A stretch of DNA of 63,483 nucleotides, the filler included, from Klebsormidium nitens (taxonomy: Eukaryota > Plantae > Klebsormidiophyceae), in assembly GCA_000708835.1 (NCBI GenBank). It is 4 parts of 4 records of this genome, joined end to end, with 100 filler letters (N's around TTAATTAATTAA, not from the genome) between each part and the next. Parts side by side here need not be neighbours in the genome. Positions count along the whole stretch, not along the records: positions 39,601 to 59,811 come from DF237651.1; 3 more parts are not named here. One strand, written 5' to 3'. How positions within the stretch are numbered: the stretch's first letter is position 1; every line of letters begins with the position of its first letter. Made by a program: the position numbers and the translations under genes. Positions 47,836 through 55,904 of the stretch are shown here, in pieces. The notes beneath the pieces are model-generated. The model was not told the origin of the DNA and searched no databases. It saw only the letters and a program-made list of their open reading frames with translations.

Positions 47836-49476
47836 GTCGCGGCTCTGAAGTCCAAAGACTTCGTCCGATACGTCCGCGTCTGCTGAATACATCGGTGCTT
47901 CGTATCTATGGATGGCATTGGGTCCTGCCATCTCTAACTCATCTTCGCTCTCCGAATCTAGTTCTTCCTCGGACGTGGCCGAATCGCTCTCGTCCCCGTG
48001 TAAGCCATCAAGCCTCCGCAGCGGATCTGGATCGTAGAAGGGGTTCAAGACCTTGTCGTCGAAATGCCCCCTCATCTTCGGGATGAGGTACCTCACTACC
48101 ATGATCAGGTTGTGATTCACGCCGTGAAACATGTACAGCTGCTCCCCGTTGGGTCTGTAAAAGTTCAGCGTCATGGAACTCAGTTGTCCTATCGGGTGGA
48201 ATCTCCTGTAAGGCACGCTCGAGTAATCGAAGCGGGACGTGGCATAACCCACTACGGCCAGTTTGAACAGCGCAAGTCCGAAGCTGTGCTTCTCGTAAGA
48301 GCGGCCTTTGTAGATGTGGGACTCGATCTCCGGAATTCTAAGCACGCAGTACGAGTCTCCCACTAGATTCAATATACCAGGAGCCTGGATGGTCTGCGTT
48401 CCTTGAGAGACCACTACGGTCATGACGACGCTCTTGTTCGTTATGTCCTGACCCGAAACGGCCGCGTTGGTCCAAGTGCTTCCGTCGGTAGAGTAGAGAA
48501 GTTGATTTGCACTGGCTATGATGGGCGTGCCATAGTACAGATCCACCTCTCCGACCGTAGTCGAACAAGAATACACCAGCCAGTATTCGACGCCCGCGGT
48601 TATCGCCGCTCCGATCGAACTTATGTCGCCACTCGTGGTGAACCCGGATATGCTCTGATCGGGGGTCGGGTAATTCAAGGCGGGGATTTGCGCGCCCGAG
48701 TAGAGAATCGCACCGGGTTGCTCTTGTACGGGATCGTTGCTGGTTATGAACCAATCTATGACCCTATCATCAGCGTCGCTCGTGACCGCGCAGGCGATGC
48801 GGATCTCTTTCAAGAGACCCGTCTTGGTCGCTACGAATTTCTGAGCGATGTACTCGACTGTAGAACCGTTAGGGCCTGCGAAAGGAATGGCTAATTCTAC
48901 CGCTTGAGGTCCCTCGAAAGCAAACACTTGTACTTCGTTCTCGGTTATGCTGCTATACGTGCCGGGACTCGAGTATGGGTCCAAGCAGCGGAACCTATCG
49001 TTCAAGTATTCGTGTCCTGCAGCATCCTCATCGAATCCCAGGACGGCGCGTATGGTCGAAGAGCCCATGAGAAAGTGAAATGGCGTCGGAGATGTGAATT
49101 TCAGCATGTTACGCAACTCTGGCGGGTTCGATTCTGCTACCGTAGTGATGCCACGTAGAGATAGTTTGTCATTCAGAGCAGCGATGAGCGAGGTGTCCGT
49201 ATGATCTCCGTTTGCAATCTGGATGATCTCCGGTCCATTGCCAACATCTACGACGAGACTGTTATTCACTTCATCGACGCTGTATTGCGTCCTAGGAATC
49301 GTTGCATCCACGACATCTATGCCGATGACTTGACGGAAAGGCGAATCGAAAGTGATCTGATACTGGTTAGGATAAGGCCAAGTACGTCTGTCACGAGTAC
49401 TCGAATTTACATTGTACATGTAGCTCTCTTCGATACTGTTCTCCATGAGATACTGAATATCTTCTATACTCCCCAT
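47830..49476 (-). CDS. DUF5901-like / putative penton (minor capsid)-type NCLDV protein
   Basis: N-terminus SIEDIQYL..NSSTRDRRTWPYPNQY.I.F..PFRQVIGIDVVDATIPRT; C-terminus FHPIGQLSSMTLNFYRPNG.LY.FHGVNH. Confidence 0.75.
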   Translation of the reverse strand: MGSIEDIQYLMENSIEESYMYNVNSSTRDRRTWPYPNQYQITFDSPFRQVIGIDVVDATIPRTQYSVDEVNNSLVVDVGNGPEIIQIANGDHTDTSLIAALNDKLSLRGITTVAESNPPELRNMLKFTSPTPFHFLMGSSTIRAVLGFDEDAAGHEYLNDRFRCLDPYSSPGTYSSITENEVQVFAFEGPQAVELAIPFAGPNGSTVEYIAQKFVATKTGLLKEIRIACAVTSDADDRVIDWFITSNDPVQEQPGAILYSGAQIPALNYPTPDQSISGFTTSGDISSIGAAITAGVEYWLVYSCSTTVGEVDLYYGTPIIASANQLLYSTDGSTWTNAAVSGQDITNKSVVMTVVVSQGTQTIQAPGILNLVGDSYCVLRIPEIESHIYKGRSYEKHSFGLALFKLAVVGYATSRFDYSSVPYRRFHPIGQLSSMTLNFYRPNGEQLYMFHGVNHNLIMVVRYLIPKMRGHFDDKVLNPFYDPDPLRRLDGLHGDESDSATSEEELDSESEDELEMAGPNAIHRYEAPMYSADADVSDEVFGLQSRDL

Positions 49477-49527
49477 GGTTCTACTCGCTGTCTACGAAAA
49501 AGAGCGCCTATACCTGGACGAAGGCAC

Positions 49528-51338
49528 CTAGAGTATGCGCCTGCGCTTGGCGCTTTCCTCTTCTCCTGAACTATGAAATTCTTTGATCTCCTTCAGGAGG
49601 ACTGCTCTGATGTTCCGTTCTGTGACCTCCACCGTGGAGTCTTCGTAGTAGTCGGTCGTCATCTCCTCTCCGCAGTCGGTGTCGGTCCGGGCGTCCCCGA
49701 AGTAAGGGTGCCTCAACGCTTCCTACAGCAACACGAGACTCATAAGAACTTATAGTACAACCTGATCTCTGCTTCGATGGGACACACGGGAAGCTCATCT
49801 ACGATGCTCCATCCCCGTTTCTCGTAATGACGCCGCAGCGCAGCTTTTCCTCGCAGGAACTTCCCGTCCAGTGGATCCCGAAACACGAATTCTAGCTGAC
49901 CAAGCGCGCTGTGCTCCATGTATACCTCTACACCGTGCTTCCTAGCATTGCTGAGAGTTGGTAGGCGAGAGGCTTTGTCCTTGACGGTGCTTTGGAGACT
50001 GAGAGTTTCGACGTATATGTGCAGCGTGCCTATGTTTGACGTTGAGAGCCTCTTCTTCCTGGCATTGTTGCGCTTCTGGACGCCTTGTGGAATCTTGACC
50101 TTGATCTCCATCTTTGAAATGCCACTGAGAAGCTTCTAAAGTTCCTTATATGGCCATCGTGTGACTTTCGGGCGCTCTTTTCGGACGCTTCGGTCGTAGG
50201 GGCCCGAACATCTTTTCGTGTGCCGTTTTTCGGACGGTGTCTATCGATATACGGACGATTCGGTTTCGGACGCAAATTTTCGGGCGCCAGAGAAGTAGCT
50301 CACCTTGGCCGTAATCCTCTTGGACGGGTCGAATCGAAGCAGCTGCTCGAGCAGGTCACGTGCCTCCGCGGAAGCACTGGGGAAACGGGCCTCCAGCGAA
50401 ACACCGGCAGAGTGGGGAGCTAGATCCCAGATGTAAGCCTTGGCTCTATCGTTCCCCACGAACTCGAGGTCCTCTTCCAAGGGGGTTCCCACGAACCTCA
50501 CGATCAAGCGCAGCTGTTCCAGGTAGTTTTTCCCAGGGAAAAGGACTGACCCAGCAAGCAACTCCCCAAAGATGCAACCCACCGCCCAGATATCGATCTC
50601 CGGCCCATACATGTCCTGCGAGATGAGCAGCTCTGGCGCCCGATACCACCTGGTGACGACGTATTCCGTCATCGGCCCATAGAGATTCTGGTTCCGTGCC
50701 AGGCCTAGGTCGCAGATCTTCAAGGTGCTGTCGTAGTTGATCAGGCAGTTGGAGGGTTTCAGGTCCCTGTGGATCACCCCTCTTTCGTGCATGTACTGGA
50801 CCCCTTTCAGCAGCTGCACGAACAGAACGCTCCTTTGATTTACGCAGAGAAGAGCGATCGTTTGCAACCAATGCACAGAAGCGGACCGATGCTGAGAGAT
50901 GCTCACGCGAATGAGAGGATGTAGAAGTATTCATACCTGATGGACGAGGATCCTGACGTGTTCCCCGCTTATGGCCAGCGTCCTCATCGCTCTGTGCAAG
51001 TCAATGTCCATGAGCTCTGTGACTATGTAGACGTCATGAAAACCCTTGTCTGCCGGTCTCATTACGTCTTTGATGCCGATGATGTTGTCGTGCTTTAGAT
51101 TTTTCATGATGCGCAGTTCTCTCACTGTCCTCTGCGCTTCCAACTTATTTTCCGTCGCATTGATGATCTTTTTTATGGCGACTTCTGCACCCGTCCTCAC
51201 GTCCTTCGCCGCACAGACCACTCCGAAAGCGCCTTTGCCTACAAGTCTGATGCACTCGTATCGCTCGTCCACCTCGAAAAGGTGACCCTCCAGGCGGTAG
51301 CGGCGCTTCCCAGACGGGCAATCCTTGGAGCTCGCCAT
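49528..51338 (-). CDS. MPK: MAP kinase, TEY type, 3 exons (51338-50937, 50813-50304, 49722-49528), 368 aa
   Basis: GKGAFGVV, VAIKK, HRDLKPSN, DLGLAR, MTEYVVTRWYRAPE; splicing restores HQ|LLKG and RITAK|EALRHPYF. Confidence 0.92.
49740..50111 (-). CDS. MBD-like (methyl-CpG-binding fold) protein nested in MAPK intron 2
   Basis: LGQLEFVFRDPLDGKFLRGKAALRRHY aligns with the MBD motif [25 protein letters not shown]; basic NLS-like RKKR; 123-aa ATG-to-stop ORF. Confidence 0.65.
   Translation of the reverse strand: MEIKVKIPQGVQKRNNARKKRLSTSNIGTLHIYVETLSLQSTVKDKASRLPTLSNARKHGVEVYMEHSALGQLEFVFRDPLDGKFLRGKAALRRHYEKRGWSIVDELPVCPIEAEIRLYYKFL
50166..50286. promoter_or_regulatory. Array of five TTTCGG[AG]CG motifs upstream of the nested MBD-like ORF
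   Basis: Copies at 50166, 50179, 50228, 50264, 50278; TATA-like CATATAAG just upstream of the ORF on the minus strand. Confidence 0.55.
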
Positions 51339-51701
51339 CCTCTCCCGAATTAAAAAGTCAAAGGGTCCCTACTTTCGGTCTTAAATACCCACACCCATCT
51401 CGGACGCCTCCCTCTGCCCGAGCACCCGAAAGAGTTTCACCGTCCGAAAGTAAGCGTACTCTACTCCTCTGATCGCAAAAAGAAGTCTTTCCGATCGCAG
51501 AATGGAGAGATGGATCAGCATACGGTCTATTCGCCGACACCTAGGAAGCGCTGCGTCAGCATAGAGGCTCTGGGATGTAAGCTGCTCATCAAGCACGCGA
51601 GGATAGCAGAGAAGCCAGCAGAGAATGTCGTCGCGCTGAGGATCCTCGATCACGAGTCCAGACGGGATCGCGGCATAGCTAGAGAGAGTCTTCGCAGTCG
51701 A

Positions 51702-52085
51702 TTACAGCGGCGGAAGCTCCTGGCGTCGGCCAGAGATGTCTGCGCCTCGGAGGTGGAATCTCTTCAGTCTGGCAAAGGTCGCTTCGTCGATCTTGATCTT
51801 GATGTGGCAATGGAAATGCGTCTTCCACTGCCCCAAGTTGTAGGTCAGAGAGCAGTCGCTGCAGCCAGAATAGGCTCTGACCATCTCGATGGCCTCTAGG
51901 AGGATGGCTTTGAGGTCTTCTCCAGGCAGGTCCGTCAGGTGTTCCACGTGCAGGAAGGGTGTATAGATGAAGTACCGTCGATTTTTTAGGTCAAAGTGCA
52001 GGCGTCCGAGCTTACCATCTTTGATTATATGGGACACTATACGAGGCGACACGTCTGGTGAACAAGTGTAACAGACTCTTTCCAT
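51702..52085 (-). CDS. HIT-like (histidine triad) protein
   Basis: N-terminal CYTC, PFLHVEHLTDL, NLG..THFHCHI (HxHxH). Confidence 0.7.
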   Translation of the reverse strand: MERVCYTCSPDVSPRIVSHIIKDGKLGRLHFDLKNRRYFIYTPFLHVEHLTDLPGEDLKAILLEAIEMVRAYSGCSDCSLTYNLGQWKTHFHCHIKIKIDEATFARLKRFHLRGADISGRRQELPPL

Positions 52086-52387
52086 CACTTTACCTTCCGC
52101 GTTCTATCCAGATAACTCGACAGTGCACCCGTGAGGGACCCTGCCACGATGAGAGTGCTCGTGAGTGTCGCATCAGAGAGATGAGCGGAAGCGTTTCTCA
52201 GAGTGATGCATGTGCCGGATGTGGACGTGATCATGGACCGGAAGAAACCAGCTGAGCAGTAATTCTCGTGCAGCTTGTCGAGGACGAATCTCAGTGAATG
52301 ACAGCTCAAGAATACCCCGCCGGCGGAAAGGATGGGCGAAATAAAAGTGTATCCTAGTCTTACAGCAGCTTTGGCACAGTCCTTCAT
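52085..52387 (-). CDS. Small hypothetical membrane protein, NCLDV-like
   Basis: Two hydrophobic segments around LHENYCSAGFFRSMITSTSGTC; stop overlaps the next ATG (TGATG). Confidence 0.6.
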   Translation of the reverse strand: MKDCAKAAVRLGYTFISPILSAGGVFLSCHSLRFVLDKLHENYCSAGFFRSMITSTSGTCITLRNASAHLSDATLTSTLIVAGSLTGALSSYLDRTRKVK

Positions 52388-52446
52388 AGAGGACTTGCCC
52401 TATATAGTGACCGTATACTAAATTTCCACCGCAGGAACGCAGTTTC

Positions 52447-52998
52447 ATGGACGAAATAGCGAAAATACCTCCTAAAGCTCGGATCATGCACGTCCCTGGC
52501 GACGGGAGTTGCCTCTTTCACAGCGTCTTTCTAGCTTTCTATGACTGCTGCAAGGGGCTGCATAACGTGAAGTATACTGAGAAGGCACTCGTAGATGCCT
52601 CCAGTCACCTGAGGGGATTGGTCGTGGATTACGTACTCGAGCACTACAGGAAACCCCTCGGGGGCATTCCTGGGAACATGTGCGGGCGAGAACTGATAGC
52701 ATTAGAGTATGCATCAGACGCAACGGACGGAGAAGGCAGCGTACGTGGACCTTCTACGTATGCGCGCATGATGAGGAACACCAACAAGTATGCGGGGATC
52801 ACGGAGCTACATGCATTGAGTGCCTTGTTGGATGCCGTCATCGTGGTCCATTACTCGGGAGGGGATGGGCGGCACGAACTCTTAGACACTCTCAAGAGAG
52901 GACCCTCGCACCTCATCATCTTGCACGTGTTGTTCGACCCCCAGACTAAGCACTACTCGCCGATCCTATGCAGCGAGCTTTCGACCGAGAAGGGTTAA
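52447..52998 (+). CDS. OTU-family cysteine protease, intronless
   Basis: HVPGDGSCLFHSV, YAGITELHALS, KHYSPI. Confidence 0.88.
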   Translation: MDEIAKIPPKARIMHVPGDGSCLFHSVFLAFYDCCKGLHNVKYTEKALVDASSHLRGLVVDYVLEHYRKPLGGIPGNMCGRELIALEYASDATDGEGSVRGPSTYARMMRNTNKYAGITELHALSALLDAVIVVHYSGGDGRHELLDTLKRGPSHLIILHVLFDPQTKHYSPILCSELSTEKG

Positions 52999-53046
52999 AA
53001 GTTTCTCTTCCCAGAGATCTCATCGTTTATGTCTCTCAGTAGCTCT

Positions 53047-55798
53047 TCATGTCGCTGCCAAGTCTATCGGAGCGGTCCACACATACCCTTGGATGGGGTT
53101 GTAGATGCTGATCCTGTTGACCACCATCCCCTTCAACCTCGCCAGAGCCGCATACGTCAAAAGCTGCAGCACCCACGGCGCTTGGATACCACTCTTCTCC
53201 GCGCTGCACTTGATGTCGAGGATGCAGTCTCCCACGATGAGGTCCGCCACACCACGCAACGACTCGGTGGAGAGGTCCGTGTCGGTCGCCACCCCGAACA
53301 ACTGGTACATATCGTCCGGGGTGATGACCACTGGCAGCATGTCCACGGCTCCGTGCGACTCCAGGTGCTTTTCGATGATCGCCTCCACGAAGCGCTTCGT
53401 GCAACCGAATAGGCCTAGGTTCTTATCCTTGGACAGATCTCCCAGGTGGAGGTCGGTGAACGCGAAGTAAGTCCTGGCCAGTGGATATACCAGGTGCGCG
53501 CACACCGCTACGTCAGTGATCTTGCGGAGCGCTCTCCTACTCTCCGTGTCGTGGTCGAAGCCGATGTACTCCTTGTAACTCTCCCGGATGCGCTTCAGCG
53601 TATCCTCGAACCGCTTCGTGCGGAGCAGGGAGTCCTTGCTGCTCTTTGCAAATGCAGGAAGGCTCCTCCCGTCAAAGTGCATGACGATCCTCGTAGGGTC
53701 CACATCGAACTCGGCCGCCAGGGAGCGGACCATGCCCTCCACCTGTTCGGGGGTCGGCTCCGGCAGAGTCCAATTGTCTTCGAATGCCTTTACCCAGAGG
53801 AAGCACTTGTCCGCGAAGTGATCCGTCATCTTGACGGGATGCCCCTCCAAGTGGCTCAGACGCAGACACGCAGACATGACATGCCTATATATGACCCTTT
53901 CCACCGCAGAACCGTAGAGTATGTTGGTGTCGCCCGAAGCTGGGAAGCCGTGCACGGCGTGGAGCCTTTCGAAGGTCGCTCCGGGGTACGTCCGAGGGAT
54001 GACCCCACGCTGCTTCGAGCGGTCGTAGAATTCGCCCGAAGCGTGGCGGACGAAGTTGGTGACCGACCTGTTGGGCGGCAGCTGCCCGTCCGTGTCTCCG
54101 AACGTCCCAAAGATGGGAGTGGAGGACTTTTCGTCGTCCGTCACCAGTTCGTACGTAGTCCGGCTCGCCGGGAACAGAAGCCGGGTGATGCAGCGGCTGG
54201 GGCTCGTGATCAGCAGGGAGTCCTTGGCTCGCGTACAGGCCACGTAGAAGAGGTTGCGTTCTTGCTCCAGCTCTTCCTTCGTCAAGCACCGGTTGAGCAT
54301 GTCCGTGCAACCTATGACGATCACGGAACGCCACTCGAGCCCCTGCAGAGGATTTATTTTCTGCTGAAAACAATAAAATGGCTTTCAACCCCGTAGATCT
54401 CGCAGTACAGGCGGCATCTGGAATGAAACCGATCAATTGGACGGTCGTCTACGTCCTCGCAGGAGTGGGTGTCTTCTTCGCCCTCCTCATCACAGGCATC
54501 ACGTACGTGGTCATCCCAGCTACGAAGGTGGATCATGACACCGGGCGAAGGAAGAGCAACATGGGAGTGCGTCTTGCGATCACTTTCGTCGTGCTGTCTT
54601 TCTCCATACTGATATGCGGAAGTATCGGGTGGTCCCAAGGAAAGGATCTGGCGACGTGCTGGGCCAATCCGAAATTCTGCGCTGGAACGACGGCGATGGG
54701 CATGGCCGTAGACGATATCTTTGGTCGATCCTAGCTCACCTTCGCTCCGTGCATCGTGCACAGCGTGATCCAATCGCACTGGTCGCCTTTCCTCTTGACG
54801 GGTGTCGGTTCCGAGTCGCCTGTGTAGATCCTCGTCGCGTAACCCAGCTCCGTGAGCTTGTGAGCCAACGTGTACACCTCTCGCTGCGTCCTCGCTATCA
54901 CAGCTATGTCACCCAGGTCCCCTCCCGTCTTCGAGGCATGTGCGGCTACCTTCTCCGTCACGAAACGGACCTCTTCCGCCCGATTCTCGAAGACTGCGAG
55001 TCTGGGAGGCTCGGACGCGCAAGTCCTGACGTGTTTCATGGCATGACTGGATCGATCCGGGCGGATCTCGTTGCAAAAAGCTACCAGTGCTTCCGTACTC
55101 CTGTAGTTGTTCAGGAGCTCGAACGACTCGCAGGGGTAGGTGCCCAGCCGTGCGACCTTGGCCAGGAGGGTCGCATCGGAGGCGCGGAAAGCATAGATGT
55201 TCTGGTTGACGTCGCCCACCGCAAACACCCTCGTCGAATAACGCTCGACCAGCAACCGTATGACGTCGAACTGCGTCTGGTCAAGATCCTGAGCCTCGTC
55301 GACCAGCAGGAAATGGGGCACGAGAGACCGGATGGAATCGGACGTCTCCTGGTCTACCACAGTCCGGAAGGCCCTGAGCAGCCTGTAGATGTGCTCGTCC
55401 GGGAGGAAGACCTCCGATTCTGCGTTGCAGAAGTACGTCTCCTTCTCGCTGGCCACGAAAGCAGCCTCTAGCTTCTCTCCGTCCGCAGACCAGGGGCACG
55501 CATTAGGGAGGGTGAAGCGAGCCCGTCTGAGGATCGGGTCGAAAGCCTCCGCTAGCTCAAGACAGAATGAGTGAATGGTCGATGACTTCACCCCATCGGG
55601 CAGCCTAGCAGACACATCTGCGCTGGCTTGCCTGGAGAAGGTGACCACCCTTATCTTGGACGGACGTACGTCCTTGCACGTCACGAGATGTATGACTCTC
55701 TGCACCAGAGTCCTGCTCTTCCCAGCTCCAGGGCAAGCGGTGACCCTTATGTGCTTCTCGGTGTCCGCTTCTATGATGGGCCGCTGATTCGTGTCCAT
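53047..55798 (-). CDS. UvrD/AddA-like SF1 helicase fused to a PD-(D/E)xK nuclease, 2 exons (55798-54740, 54342-53047)
   Basis: ACPGAGKSRTL, TFSRQA, TIHSF, LVDEAQD, VGDVNQNIYAFR, NYRST, TMHGAK|GLEW, ERNLFYVACTRAK; C-terminal GVADLI..ILDIKCS..LQLLTYA. Confidence 0.9.
54378..54734 (+). CDS. Two-TM membrane protein nested antisense inside the helicase intron
   Basis: 118-aa ATG-to-TAG ORF with A-rich leader AAAACAATAAAATG and two clear hydrophobic helices. Confidence 0.8.
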   Translation: MAFNPVDLAVQAASGMKPINWTVVYVLAGVGVFFALLITGITYVVIPATKVDHDTGRRKSNMGVRLAITFVVLSFSILICGSIGWSQGKDLATCWANPKFCAGTTAMGMAVDDIFGRS

Positions 55799-55904
55799 GC
55801 TGGTAAGCAATATGCATTAACGTACATGTGTCACGCCATCCTTCCTAAGTTGGAGAAAAGAGACGGTTCGGTTTCATGTTGTAGGAAAATCACTTTGGAA
55901 CAGA

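Noticed and set aside
53446-55471. Long plus-strand ORFs 53446-54396 and 54614-55471
   Set aside because: Antisense shadows of the GC-rich helicase exons; no motifs.
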